Source: Candidatus Stammera capleta (GTDB lineage: Bacteria; Pseudomonadota; Gammaproteobacteria; Enterobacterales; Enterobacteriaceae). Taken from it: a DNA stretch of 64,000 nucleotides. The position numbers and the translations under genes were made by a program. The notes below the pieces were generated by a model. It had not been told where the DNA came from, made no database searches, and worked only from the letters and a program-made list of their open reading frames with translations. This document shows, one piece after another, positions 51,986 to 64,000 of this stretch (position 1 is the first letter of the stretch; each line of letters starts with the position of its first letter). The stretch is from assembly GCA_036689345.1 (NCBI GenBank), contig CP144799.1, forward strand, positions 36,030 through 100,029. Direction: 5' to 3'.

Positions 51986-53440
51986 ATGTTTACTATTTTA
52001 TTATTAGGTAATACTAATGTTGGTAAAACTAGTGTTTTTAATGTATTAACAAAAACAAATTTAGCTATAAATAATAAAATTAATAATTTTACTTATGATT
52101 TTAATTATGGTATTTTTGAATTTAAAAATAAATATTTTATTTGTATAGATACTTTTGGTTTATCAGATTTTAAATTTTTAAAAATTTATAATAAAAATAA
52201 ATTTTATTTAGAAAAAAATAATATCCAAAAAAAATTTATTAATAACATTAAAAATGTTGATTTAGTATGTTTACTGGTAGATTATACATCTGATTTTAAT
52301 AATAATGATATTTTTTTGTCAAAATTTGTTTTAAAAAATATTAAAAAAAAAATTGTTTTATTAGTTAATAAAGTTGATTTATGTAATAATTATTATTACG
52401 ATTTATATCGTTATTATTCTTTAGGAATAAATTTAATGTATCCCATATCTATATTAGATAATAAAAGTATTTTGTATTTTTTAGATGATATTTTTTTTAA
52501 AAGAAAAATATTTAAAAAAAAAAATAATTTTTTTTATAAAAAAATTATTTATTTTTGTATAAATTTAGATAAATATAATTTTTTATTAAAAAAAAAAAAT
52601 AATCATTTTATTTGTAAAAAAGATAATTATATTAAAATAGTAATTTTAGGTAAACCAAATGTAGGAAAATCTACTTTTATGAATTTTTTAGTTAAAAATG
52701 ATAGATCTATTGTATCTTCTAATTATGGTACCACCAAGGATTTTGTTACATGTTTTGTAAATATTAATAATGTTGATTATATTATAAGTGATTCTCCTGG
52801 ATTAGATAAATTAGTTAAAAATTTTTATATTGATAATAAATTTTTTAATAAAAAATTTTTTTTAAATAAAATTTTAGATTTTAAAATTATTTTTTATTTA
52901 ATAGATATTAACATAGGTATTACTAAAAATGATTTATTTCTATTAAATTTATTTTTTAGTTGTGGTAAAATTGTGGTATTATTTTTCAATAAATGTGAAT
53001 TATTTAGTAAATTAGAAATTAATCAATATAAGAAAAATATATTATTTAAATATGATTTTATTAAAAATATAGATACTTATTTTATATCTGCAATAAATTT
53101 AAAAAAAAATAGTGTAAATTTTATATTTCAAAATCTTATTAATAATTATAAAAATATTTTTTTAAATAAAATAAGTAGTTTTAAATTAACTAAATTTTTA
53201 AAAAAATCATTGAGTATTTTTTATGATGATAATAATATAAAAAATTTAGTTAATTTAAAATATGCCCATATTGGAGGATATTATCCTTTTACTATTGTAG
53301 TACATGGTAATAAGATAAATTTATTAAATTATTCATATAAAAAATATTTAGTTAATTTTTATACAAAAATTTTGAAATTTAGAGGATATAAAATTTTTTT
53401 AAAATTTAAAGAAATATTTAATCCTTATATAAAAAAATAA
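51986..53440 (+). CDS. der: ribosome-associated GTPase Der (EngA)
   Basis: Single ORF with two GTPase domains (GNTNVGKTSVFN...NKVD and GKPNVGKSTFMN...DSPG...NKCE) and a KH-like C-terminus. Follows hisS as in E. coli once bamB is lost. Confidence 0.9.
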   Translation: MFTILLLGNTNVGKTSVFNVLTKTNLAINNKINNFTYDFNYGIFEFKNKYFICIDTFGLSDFKFLKIYNKNKFYLEKNNIQKKFINNIKNVDLVCLLVDYTSDFNNNDIFLSKFVLKNIKKKIVLLVNKVDLCNNYYYDLYRYYSLGINLMYPISILDNKSILYFLDDIFFKRKIFKKKNNFFYKKIIYFCINLDKYNFLLKKKNNHFICKKDNYIKIVILGKPNVGKSTFMNFLVKNDRSIVSSNYGTTKDFVTCFVNINNVDYIISDSPGLDKLVKNFYIDNKFFNKKFFLNKILDFKIIFYLIDINIGITKNDLFLLNLFFSCGKIVVLFFNKCELFSKLEINQYKKNILFKYDFIKNIDTYFISAINLKKNSVNFIFQNLINNYKNIFLNKISSFKLTKFLKKSLSIFYDDNNIKNLVNLKYAHIGGYYPFTIVVHGNKINLLNYSYKKYLVNFYTKILKFRGYKIFLKFKEIFNPYIKK

Positions 53441-53451
53441 AATTATTAATT

Positions 53452-53826
53452 TAAAATTTTCAATCGCTACTATTTATTTGTAGAGGAAAGTCCGGACTCC
53501 TAGGATAGGATGCCAGGTAATTCCTGGAAAAATTTTATTTTATGAAAAGTGCAACAGAAAATAACCGCTTTATTATTTTAAAGTAAGGGTGAAAAAGTAT
53601 GGTAAAAGCATACTATATCTTTTAGTAATATTAGATATGTGTAAACTCCATCTGGAGAAAGGTTAAATTAAGATATTATAATATTTATAAATATTTTTTA
53701 GTGTTTATAAAACAATATATTTATCCATATATATATATTAATATCATGGTGAACCGATAGAGTTATTAAGTGATTAATAATCTAGATAAATGATTGTTTA
53801 AACAGAATCCGGCTTAATTGATTTTA
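53452..53826 (+). ncRNA. rnpB: RNase P RNA (bacterial type A, AT-rich and reduced)
   Basis: Conserved blocks GAGGAAAGTCCGGACTCC, GATGCCAGGTAATTCCTGG, AGTGCAACAGAAA, GTAAGGGTGAAA, GTAAACTCCATCTGGAG and ACAGAATCCGGCTTA occur in the order and spacing of E. coli rnpB. The ends are approximate. Confidence 0.9.
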
Positions 53827-53855
53827 TTTTTTTTTATTTTTTTATATTTATAATT

Positions 53856-53888
53856 AAAATATTCCTGTTTTTTAAATAGGAATATTTT
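53856..53888. terminator. 11-bp inverted repeat hairpin (possible bidirectional terminator)
   Basis: AAAATATTCCT (53856-53866) and AGGAATATTTT (53878-53888) are perfect complements around an 11-nt loop. The hairpin lies about 30 nt after rnpB and about 37 nt after the stop of the minus-strand ORF 53925-54269. The flanking T-run is weak. Confidence 0.35.
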
Positions 53889-53924
53889 AAAATATTTTTA
53901 TATAATAAATATTATTTATTTATT

Positions 53925-54269
53925 TTATTTTTTTTTTAAAATTATTTTTTTTTTTATAAAATATAAATAATTAATACTTATTAATAATAAAATAATATAA
54001 AATATTGTATAAATATATATTTCAGTACAATTATTTTGTATATTAGTTTTTATTATTATTAATTTAAGAAAATTATTTATAATTTGAATCAAAAATCATG
54101 TTATTAAATTTAAAATTATAAATATAGATATTATTTTTTGAAAAATTTTTTTTATTTTTGTTTTTATTTTATTTTTTTTTTTAATTGAGAAATTTAATAT
54201 TTTATAAATGATATACTTATAGGTATTAATAATTATTTTTTTTATTATATATTTATAGAAATTATTCAT
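53925..54269 (-). CDS. hypothetical small protein (114 aa, Lys-rich N-terminus, two hydrophobic segments)
   Basis: Minus strand, ATG at 54269. Checked codon by codon: open for 114 codons with one TGA (54096-54098) read as Trp; stop TAA at 53925-53927. Not in the track because the TGA splits it. No homologue recognised. Confidence 0.4.
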
Positions 54270-54328
54270 TTTATGTTTTAAACTTTTTTTTAAAATTAAT
54301 TATAGATATTATACAATATATATTTTTT

Positions 54329-55711
54329 ATGTTAAAAATTTTCAATACATTAGTTAATAGAAAAGAATTATTTAAATCAATAAATACTAAATTAGTAAAT
54401 ATGTATGTATGTGGTGTTACTGTTTCTAATTATTGTCATATAGGGCATGGACGTACTTTTTATTTTTTTGATACCTTATTAAGGTATTTAATACATTTAG
54501 GATATAAATGTAATTATGTTCGTAATATAACAGATATAGATAATAAATTAATTAATAAATCTTTAAATGAAAATATTTCTATTAAAAAAATATCTTATAA
54601 TATGATTTTAAATATGTGAAAAGATTTTAATAATTTAGGTTTATTAATTCCTAATTTTGAACCTAAAATTACTGATAATATAGAATTAATTATTTATGAA
54701 ATTAAAAAATTAATTAAAGATAATTTTGCATATATTTCAAATAATGGAGATATATGTTTTTCAGTAAAAAAAAAAAATAATTATGGTAAATATTTTTCTA
54801 ATAGAAAAATATTTAAACATAAAAATGATTTTGTTTTATGAAAATTAAATAAAAATATAAATTTTAAAGGATGAGATTCTCCTTGAGGTAATGGAATACC
54901 AGGATGACATATTGGTTGTTCAGTAATAAGTAATAAATATTTAAATAATAATATTGATATTCATGGAGGAGGACTAGATTTAATATTTCCTCATCATGAG
55001 AATGATTTAGTTCAATCTAAATGTTTATATAAAAAAAAATATTTTTCTAATTATTGAATTCATACTGGTATTATGTTAAATATTAATGGAAAAAAATTAT
55101 CTAAATCTAAAAAAAATATTTTTTTATTAAAAAATCTACTAAATATATATCATCCAGATATAATAAAATTTTTTTTTTCTTCTAAGCATTATAGAAAAAA
55201 TATGTATTTTGATATAACAGAATTAGAAAAAAATAAAGTATGTATTAATAAATTATATTTATGTTTAAGTAATTTAAATTTAAATATAACTTTAAATAAA
55301 AAAGATATTTTAGATTTTCAGGAATTTGATGATTTATTTTATAAATATATGAATAATGATATAAATTTACCTAAAGTTCAAACATTAATTTTTTATATGA
55401 TGCATGAAGTTAATAAAATTAAATTTAATAATTATTTGTTAGCTAATAAATTAGCATTTAAAATGAAATATTTTGCTAATATTATTGGTATATTGAATAG
55501 TAATGTTGATAATTTTTTAAAACAATCAAAAAATAGAAAAATTAATTTTAAAATTATTAAAAGAATTAATAGATTAGTTGAGATAAGAAATATTGCTCGT
55601 AAAAAAAAAAAATGGAGAATAGCTGATTCTTTACGTGAAGAATTATTTAAATTAAATGTTTCTGTTAATGATAGAGAAAATTTTTTGTCAGAATGATATT
55701 TTTTAAATTAA
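54329..55711 (+). CDS. cysS: cysteine--tRNA ligase
   Basis: ATG at 54329. [19 protein letters not shown] (HIGH), [29 protein letters not shown] and KLSKS (KMSKS). Track ORFs 54329-54619 and 55073-55696 are in frame. Read through TGA at 55694 to TAA at 55709-55711. Confidence 0.95.
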
Positions 55712-56565
55712 TATTTTTTATTATTATATTTATAAATTTTAAATATATTTTTTAATAATATAGATATAGTCATAAGTCCTATACCACCTGGTGTAGGTGT
55801 AATATATTTGACTCTTTTAAGAGCTAATTTTAAATTTATATCTCCTTTTATTTTTTTATTTATTTTATTTATACCAATATCTATGATTATGCATTTTTTT
55901 TTTATTCAATTAGTAGGATATATATTATATTTTCCTATTGCACTAATTAATAAATCAGCATTTTTAATATATTTTTTGATATTTTTAGTTTTACTATTTG
56001 TTAATGTTACAGTACATCCTTTATTTATTAATTCCATACTCATGGGTTTACCTACTAAATTAGATGATCCTATTATTAATGTATTTAAACCTATTAAATT
56101 AATTTTATAATATTTTAGTAATTTTATTACTCCTAAGGATGTACAAGGATGTATTTTAGAATATCCTTGAGATAATTTACCTATATTTAAAGCATGTAAT
56201 CCATCTACATCTTTACATGGATCTATTTTATTAATAATTTTATTTGTATTTAAATGTTTTGGTATAGGTAATTGTATTAGTAAACAATCTATTTTTTTAT
56301 TTTTATTTATTTTTTTAATTTTTAAAAATATTTTTTTTTCTTCAATATTTTTAGATAATTTATATATTTTATATTTTATTCCTACTAATTTAAAATAAAA
56401 ACATTTTTTTTTTATATATATATTTGATAATATATTTTTACCTATAACGATAATTGCTATTTTAGGTGATCTTTTATTTATTTTTTTTAATTTAGATATT
56501 TTTTTTTTTATTTTTTTTTTTGTTTTATGTAAATAAAAATAACTATATAATATTTGTTGGTTCAT
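55708..56565 (-). CDS. folD: bifunctional methylenetetrahydrofolate dehydrogenase/cyclohydrolase
   Basis: Track ORF 55906-56565 extended through TGA at 55906 to TAA at 55708-55710. [28 protein letters not shown] and [13 protein letters not shown] match E. coli FolD (288 aa; 285 here). Confidence 0.94.
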
Positions 56566-56609
56566 TTTATAATTGATTTATAAATTTATTAATGTTACTA
56601 TTATTTAGT

Positions 56610-56683
56610 GCGCTCTTAGCTCAGTTGGATAGAGCAACAGCCTTCTAAGCTGTAGGTCACAGGTTCAAATCCTGTAGAGCGTG
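56610..56683 (+). tRNA. argU: tRNA-Arg (anticodon UCU), no encoded CCA
   Basis: GCGCTCTTAGCTCAGTTGGATAGAGCAACAGCCTTCTAAGCTGTAGGTCACAGGTTCAAATCCTGTAGAGCGTG folds as a cloverleaf with anticodon loop CTTCTAA. Close to E. coli argU. Confidence 0.92.
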
Positions 56684-56727
56684 TAAATATTATTTTTATT
56701 TAATTTTATTTTAAATAATTTAATTTA

Positions 56728-59067
56728 TTAGTTTATAAATATATTTTTTTTAAAAATAAGTTTTATTACTTCTTTAATATTTTTTAAGGTATATATTTTA
56801 AGGTTTTTAATTATATTTTTAGGTATTTCTTCTAAATCTTTTTTATTTCCTATAGGTATAATAACTTTTTTTATTCCTCCTCTTAATGCAGCTAAGAGTT
56901 TTTCTTTTAAACCTCCTATAGGAATAATATTACCATATAAAGTTATTTCACCTGTCATTGCTATATTAGATTTTACTTTATTTTTTGTTAAACTAGAAAT
57001 CATTGAAGTACATATTGTTATACCAGCACTTGGTCCATCTTTAGGTGTAGATCCTTCTGGAATATGTATATGTATATCATTTTTATTATAAAATTTATTT
57101 TCTATTTTAATTTTTTTTGTTAATGTTCTTACTACAGTGAGAGCTATTTTAATAGATTCTTGCATTACTTCACCTAGTGATCCTGTATAAGTTAATTTAC
57201 CTTTACCAGGTATACATATAGATTCTATAGTTATTATTTCTCCTCCTGTTTCAGTTCAGGCTAATCCAGTTACTTGTCCTATTGGATTTTCTTTTTTTAT
57301 TTTTTCAAAATCATATTTTTTAATACCTAAATATTTTTTTAAATTTTTTAAATTTATTCTTATTGATTTACATTTTTTATTAGTTGTTATCTTTTTTACT
57401 GATTTTCTACATATTTTAGATATTTCTCTTTCTAAATTTCTTACTCCAGATTCTCTAGTATAGTATCTTACTATATCTATAATAATTTTATTATTTATTG
57501 ATATTTCTTTTTTTTTTAAAAAATTATTTTTTATTTGTTTAGGAATTAAATATTTTTTAGCTATATTTATTTTTTCATTTTCTGTATATCCTACTAATTT
57601 AATTATTTCCATACGATCTAATAATGGAGGGGAAATATTATTTATTGAATTAGCAGTAGCAATAAACATAACATGAGATAAATCATAATCTACTTCTATA
57701 TAATGGTCATTAAAAATATTGTTTTGTTCTGGATCTAATACTTCTAATAAAGCAGATGATGGATCACCTCTCATATCTGAAGAGATTTTGTCTATTTCAT
57801 CTAATAAAAATAATGGATTAATTACTTTAGTTTTGGTTATTTTTTGAATAATTTTTCCTGGCATTGATCCTATATATGTTTTTCTATGTCCTCTAATTTC
57901 AGCTTCATCTCTTATTCCTCCAAGAGATATTTTGATATATTTTCTTCCTGTAGCTTTTGAAATAGATTTTCCTAAAGATGTTTTTCCAACTCCTGGTGGA
58001 CCTATAAAACATAATATTGGTCCTTTAACTTTATTAGATCTATTTTGTACTGCTAAATATTCTAAAATTCTTTCTTTTACATGTTCTAAACCATAGTGGT
58101 CTTTATCTAATATATTTTTAGCTTTAATTAAATCTTTTTTTATTTTAGTTTTTTTATATCATGGTATTTCTATTATTCAATCTATATAACTTCTTACTAC
58201 TGTTGCTTCTGCAGATAAAGGAGACATTAATTTTAATTTTTTTAGTTCTAAATTAGCTTTTTTTTTTATTTTTTTAGGTATTTTAGTTTTTTGAAATTTT
58301 TTATAAATTAATTCATATTCATTTAATGAATTAATATCTCCTAATTCTTTTTGTATAGCTTTTATTTGTTCATTTAAATAATATTCTTTTTGACTTTTTT
58401 CCATTTGTTTTTTAATTCTATTTCTAATTTTTTTTTCTATTTTTAGAATATTTATTTCTGATTCTATCATAGCAATTAAATATTCTAATCTTTCATTAAT
58501 ATTATTAATTTCTAGTATACGTTGTTTACTATTTAATTTTAATGGAATATGTGTTGCTATAGTGTCAGCTAATTTAACTGGATTTTGTATATTATTTAAA
58601 GAATTAAGTACTTCTATAGGTATTTTTTTGCTTAATTTTATATATATTTCAAATTGATGAATTAAAGTTTTAGTTATTATTTTTTGTTCTTTAGTATTTA
58701 TTTTAGATTCATTAATTTTATTAATTAATGCAATAAAATATTTACCTTTATTTTGTATTTCTATGATTTTAGCTCTTTCTAAACCTTCAACTAAAATTTT
58801 AATAGTTCCATCAGGTAATTTAAGTACTTGTAAAATTGTAGATATTGTTCCTACATTAAATAAATCATCAATATTAGGATCATCTGTAGATGCTTTTTTT
58901 TGTGCTACTAAAAGAATTTTTTTATTTTGTTTCATAGATAGTTCTAAACAAAATATAGATTTTTTTCTTCCTATAAATAAAGGAACAATCATATTAGGAT
59001 ATACTACTACATCACGTAGTGGTAAAATTAGGATCTCAGTATTTTTATGAGATCTTTTTAAAAGCAT
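56728..59067 (-). CDS. lon: ATP-dependent Lon protease
   Basis: Track ORFs 58177-59082, 57256-57864 and 56728-57165 share one frame, joined by [13 protein letters not shown], Walker [10 protein letters not shown], catalytic-Ser region PKDGPSAG. Start set at ATG 59067, which has GAGAGGT 6 nt upstream; the alternative is ATG 59082. Confidence 0.96.
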
Positions 59068-59105
59068 ATTTTTACCTCTCATATTAAATTTAAATTTATT
59101 TAATT

Positions 59106-60326
59106 TTATTTTATATTATTAAAATATATAATGTTGGGTTTATTTTGTTTATTTATAACATTTTCATCAATTATGATTTTTTTAATATTCTTCTTTGAAG
59201 GTATATTATACAATAAATCTATTAATATATCTTCTATTATATTTTTTAATCCTCTAGCTCCTGTTTTTTTTTTAATAGTTTTTGAAGCTATTTTATTTAA
59301 AGATTTTTTAGTAAATATTAAATTAATATTATATAATTTAAATATGTTTTGATAGTATTTTATTAATGAATTTTTAGGTTTTATTAATATTTTTATTAAA
59401 TCTTTTTTTTTTAAATTATTTAAACATGTAATTATAGAAAATCTACCTATAAATTCTGGTATTAATCCAAATTTTATTAAATCTTGTGTTTCAATATTTT
59501 TTGTTTTTATTTTTTTTTTTAAAATTTTATTGAAACCTATTGAAATTGAGTAATTTAATCTTTTTTGAATAATTTTTTCTATACCGTCAAATGTTCCACT
59601 ACATATAAATAAAATATTTGTAGTGTCTATTTGTATATTTTCTTGTTGGGGATGTTTTCTTCCACCTTTTTTAGGTACAGAAGATATAGTTCCTTCTAAT
59701 ATTTTAAGTAAAGATTGTTGTACTCCTTCTCCAGATACGTCTCTAGTTATTGATATATTTGTAGATTTTTTAGCTATTTTATCTATTTCATCAATAAAAA
59801 TAATTCCTTGTTGCGCTTTTGAAATATTAAAATTACATTTTTGTAATAATCTATATAATATATTTTCTACATCTTCACCTACATAACCTGCTTCTGTTAA
59901 AGTTGTAGCATCGGTAATAACTATAGGTATATTCATTATTTTAGCTATTGTTTTAGCTAATAATGTTTTTCCACTTCCAGTTGGACCTAACATTAAAATA
60001 TTAGATTTATTAGAAAAAAATATTTTTGGATAATTAGTAATTTTATTTATTATTTTATAATGATTATAAATAGATACTGATAATATTTTTTTTGTTTTAT
60101 TTTGTCCTATTATATATTCATCTAATTTTTTTTTTATAATTTTAGGTGTATATTTTTCTATATTAAATGTATTTTTTTTTTTTATTGAATTTTTTAATTT
60201 TATAATATTATTAAATGATATAATACATTCATCACATATATAAGCTTTTTTACCTATAATTATTTTTTTAACATAATATTTAGATTTATTACAAAAAGAA
60301 CAATTTATAATAAAATTATTATTCAT
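59106..60326 (-). CDS. clpX: ATP-dependent Clp protease ATP-binding subunit ClpX
   Basis: Single ORF. N-terminal zinc finger CSFC..CDEC, Walker [24 protein letters not shown]. Confidence 0.97.
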   Translation of the reverse strand: MNNNFIINCSFCNKSKYYVKKIIIGKKAYICDECIISFNNIIKLKNSIKKKNTFNIEKYTPKIIKKKLDEYIIGQNKTKKILSVSIYNHYKIINKITNYPKIFFSNKSNILMLGPTGSGKTLLAKTIAKIMNIPIVITDATTLTEAGYVGEDVENILYRLLQKCNFNISKAQQGIIFIDEIDKIAKKSTNISITRDVSGEGVQQSLLKILEGTISSVPKKGGRKHPQQENIQIDTTNILFICSGTFDGIEKIIQKRLNYSISIGFNKILKKKIKTKNIETQDLIKFGLIPEFIGRFSIITCLNNLKKKDLIKILIKPKNSLIKYYQNIFKLYNINLIFTKKSLNKIASKTIKKKTGARGLKNIIEDILIDLLYNIPSKKNIKKIIIDENVINKQNKPNIIYFNNIK

Positions 60327-60330
60327 ATTA

Positions 60331-60903
60331 TTAATGTTTTTTTTTAATTATTTTATCTATTATTCCATAATTTAAAGCTTCTTTAGGAGAAAAAAATTTA
60401 TCTCTTTCTGTATCTCTTTTAATTTTTTCAAAAGTTTGTTTTGTATTATTAGATAATAAGTAATTAATTTTTTTTTTAATTTTTAATATTTCTTTAGTTT
60501 GTATTTCTATATCTGTAGCTTGTCCTTTAAAATTTCCTAAAGGTTGATGTATCATTATTCTAGAATTTGGTAAACTGAATCTTTTTTTTTTTTTTCCTGA
60601 AGATAATATTATTGCTGCCATAGAACAAGCTTGACCAATACATATTGTATTAATTTGTGGTTTAATAAATTTCATTGTGTCATATATAGACATACCTGAT
60701 GTAATTATTCCTCCAGGAGAATTTATATATATATATATATCTTTTTTATTATTTTTTGATTCTAAATATAATAATTGAGTTATTATATTATTAGATAAGT
60801 AATCATCTATATATCCTGTTAAAAAAATTATTCTGTTTTCTAATAATTTGTTATATAAATTTATGTTTTTATAATTATAATTTTCTTCTATATTTGTAAA
60901 CAT
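60331..60903 (-). CDS. clpP: ATP-dependent Clp protease proteolytic subunit
   Basis: Single ORF. INSPGG, catalytic-Ser region [13 protein letters not shown]. clpP-clpX-lon order as in E. coli. Confidence 0.97.
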   Translation of the reverse strand: MFTNIEENYNYKNINLYNKLLENRIIFLTGYIDDYLSNNIITQLLYLESKNNKKDIYIYINSPGGIITSGMSIYDTMKFIKPQINTICIGQACSMAAIILSSGKKKKRFSLPNSRIMIHQPLGNFKGQATDIEIQTKEILKIKKKINYLLSNNTKQTFEKIKRDTERDKFFSPKEALNYGIIDKIIKKKH

Positions 60904-60914
60904 TTTTATTTAAT

Positions 60915-61349
60915 TTATTTTTCAATATTTTTATTTTTTTTATATTTATATATTTTATCTAAAATTTTATTTATTAATTTATAACTATTATTACATCCAA
61001 ATTTTTTTGCTAATTTTATACTTTCATCAATAATTATTTTATAAGGAATTTTATTGTTTATTTTTAATTCGTATATTGCAATATTTAATATAAAAAATTC
61101 TATTTTACCTATATATGTTTCTTTTATAGATAGAGATTTTAGAATGATTTTTTTTATATATTTTTTATTTTTTTTAATTCCATTAAGTATTTTATATAAA
61201 TAATATAAATTTATATTTTTTAATATATTAATTTTAATTAATTGGAATTCTTTAATTTTTAATTTAATATCTTTTATTTTAGATATATTACATGAATACA
61301 TTATTTGTAGAGCTAATTCTCTAGTTTTTCTATTTTTTAAGAAATACAA
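60915..61349 (-). CDS. nusB: transcription antitermination factor NusB
   Basis: TTG start at 61349 (the frame opens only 2 codons upstream). RELALQIMYS, NIAIYELK...IPYKIIIDESIKLAKKFG..NSYKLINKILDK are collinear with E. coli NusB. Confidence 0.85.
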   Translation of the reverse strand: MYFLKNRKTRELALQIMYSCNISKIKDIKLKIKEFQLIKINILKNINLYYLYKILNGIKKNKKYIKKIILKSLSIKETYIGKIEFFILNIAIYELKINNKIPYKIIIDESIKLAKKFGCNNSYKLINKILDKIYKYKKNKNIEK

Positions 61350-61363
61350 TTTGTGTTACCTAA

Positions 61364-61585
61364 TTATTTATTATTACGAAAAATTATTCTTCCTTTATTA
61401 ATATCATAAGGAGTTAATTCAACAGTTACTTTATCTCCTGTTAAAATTCTTATATAATTTTTTCTCATTTTTCCAGATATATAACCTATTATATTATGAC
61501 CATTATCTAGTTTAATTTTAAACATAGTATTTGGTAATGTTTCTATAACTATACCTTGAATTTCAATATTTTTTTCTTTTATCAT
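61364..61585 (-). CDS. infA: translation initiation factor IF-1
   Basis: 73-aa [58 protein letters not shown] closely matches E. coli InfA. Confidence 0.97.
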   Translation of the reverse strand: MIKEKNIEIQGIVIETLPNTMFKIKLDNGHNIIGYISGKMRKNYIRILTGDKVTVELTPYDINKGRIIFRNNK

Positions 61586-61592
61586 ATTTATT

Positions 61593-62555
<963 letters not shown>

Positions 62556-62675
62556 TTAAATATTATTAAGAGTAAATTTTGATAAAATATAGTATAATTA
62601 TTATACTAGTTTTTAAAATTTGATTATATATTATTTATATATTAATTTTAATATTAAAATTTTGGTAAAAAATTT

Positions 62676-63962
62676 ATGTTAGATGTTAATTTTTTAATAG
62701 ATAATTATTTTTTTTTATCTAAAAAATTTAGTGGTAGTATTTTATTTAAAGATATTAAAAAATTATTTTATTTTTTTAAAAAAAAAAAAAAGATAAAATT
62801 TGAAATTGAATTATTACAGTCAAAACATAAATTTTTTTCAAAAAAATTTTCTTCTTTTAAAAAAAAAGATATTTTTTTTATAAAAAAAATTATTTATTTT
62901 TTTAAAAAAAATATTTTCTTTAGAAAAAAATTAATTAAAAAATTATCTTATTTATTAAATAGTATATTATTAAATATACCTAATATACCTTATAAGGATG
63001 TTCCAATAGGTAATAAAGATTTAGATAATAAAATTATTTTAAATTGAGGAAAAAAAAATAAATATTCTTTTAAAATTATAGATCATATAACTTTTGGTAA
63101 ATTAACAGAAAATTTAATTTTTAATGATGCTACTAGCATTAGTGGTTCAGGTTTTGTAGTTATGAAAAATAATATTGCTCTTTTATATAGAGCTATATCT
63201 CAATTTATGTTAGATATACATATTAAAAAAAATTTTTATTCTGAAATTTATGTACCGTATATTGTAAATAAATTATCTTTGTATGGTACAGGTCAATTAC
63301 CTAAATTTTATAATGATTTATTTTATGTTAATTTCAAAGAAAATAAAAATAATTATGCTTTAATACCTACATCTGAAGTTTCGTTAGTAAATTTATTTAG
63401 AAATAAAATTTTAAATGAAATAGATTTACCTATTAAAATGGTTTCTAATACTCCGTGTTTTAGAGCAGAATCTAAATCCTATGGAAAAAATAATAGAGGT
63501 TTAATGAGATTAAAACAATTTGATAAGGTAGAGTTAATACAAATTGTTAAACCAGAACATTCTATGTTAGCATTAGAATCATTAACTAATGATGCTGAAA
63601 AAATACTTAAATTATTAAAATTACCTTATCGTAAAGTTTTATTATGTAGTGATTTAATGAGTTTTAGTTCTTGTAAAACATATGATTTAGAAGTTTGATC
63701 TCCTATTGATAAATCTTATATAGAAGTTTCTTCTTGTTCTAATACATGAGATTTTCAATCAAGAAGAATTAATGCTCGTTATAAAAATTTAAATTTAAAT
63801 AAAAATATTTTTGTACATATTATAAATGGTTCAGGATTAGCAGTTGGTAGAATTTTATTATCTATATTAGAAAATTGTCAAATAGATTCTGGTATTGTTA
63901 AAATACCTGATGTTTTATTAAATTATGTTTATGGTTTGAAATTTATTAAAGTAAATAGTTAA
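62676..63962 (+). CDS. serS: serine--tRNA ligase
   Basis: Track ORFs 62676-63047 and 63162-63698 share one frame through TGA. LIPTSEV, TPCFRAE, NGSGLAVGR class II motifs. Stop TAA at 63960-63962. About 428 aa (E. coli 430). Confidence 0.95.
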
Positions 63963-63967
63963 TTTAT

Positions 63968-64000
63968 ATGTTAAAAACTTTTTCTGTAGCACCTTTATAT
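63968..64000 (+). CDS. 5' end of an unidentified CDS running off the window (possibly dihydrouridine synthase DusA-like)
   Basis: ATG at 63968 opens MLKTFSVAPLY. FSVAP resembles the DusA N-terminal RFSIAPM, but 11 residues cannot decide it. Confidence 0.25.
   Translation, partial: MLKTFSVAPLY

Noticed and set aside
53690-53750. Highly repetitive A/T and TA-dinucleotide stretches that might suggest a repeat array or CRISPR-like structure.
   Set aside because: There are no direct repeats of constant length separated by unique spacers. The stretch lies inside rnpB as a degenerate peripheral helix. No CRISPR array, IS element, integrase or transposase signature was seen anywhere in the window.

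Overview
This window is extremely AT-rich (well under 20% G+C by eye), very gene-dense, and has no recognisable accessory DNA. It reads as the core genome of a highly reduced obligate, probably insect-associated, endosymbiont.

The main result is that TGA is a sense codon (Trp, genetic code 4). The fragmented ORFs in the supplied standard-code track rejoin in frame across TGA. Those TGA codons fall on invariant Trp positions of E. coli orthologues. Every gene end I decoded uses TAA or TAG.

Read this way the window holds about 70 intact protein genes, 3 tRNAs and RNase P RNA:
- mutL-miaA-hflX-rlmB
- fmt-def
- cysT-leuZ tRNAs
- a fused str/S10/spc/alpha ribosomal array of 31 genes, rpsL to rplQ, lacking rpmD
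- alr, glyQS, mnmA
- the cell-wall elongation genes dacA-rodA-mrdA
- pgi, rpsT, rsmA, a DedA-family protein, ileS, dnaKJ, glyA
- speB-speA next to metK
- tsaB
- rlmN, a truncated rodZ, hisS and der
- rnpB, cysS, folD, tRNA-Arg(UCU)
- lon-clpX-clpP-nusB-infA-trxB
- serS

Local gene order matches E. coli and its relatives block by block, with clean deletions of hfq, hflKC to rnr, rlpA, ispG, bamB and rpmD.

I found no CRISPR array, mobile element, rRNA, toxin or defence locus, or biosynthetic island. The items most worth follow-up are:
- the code change in a genome with Enterobacterales gene order
- a hidden 114-codon orphan ORF in the largest apparently non-coding gap
- a RodZ reduced to its HTH and TM parts, alongside a retained elongasome and a DedA-family protein
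- homopolymer tracts of 14-20 nt inside essential genes
- loss of operon leaders and fusion of transcription units

Coordinates were derived by hand. Starts are less certain than stops.
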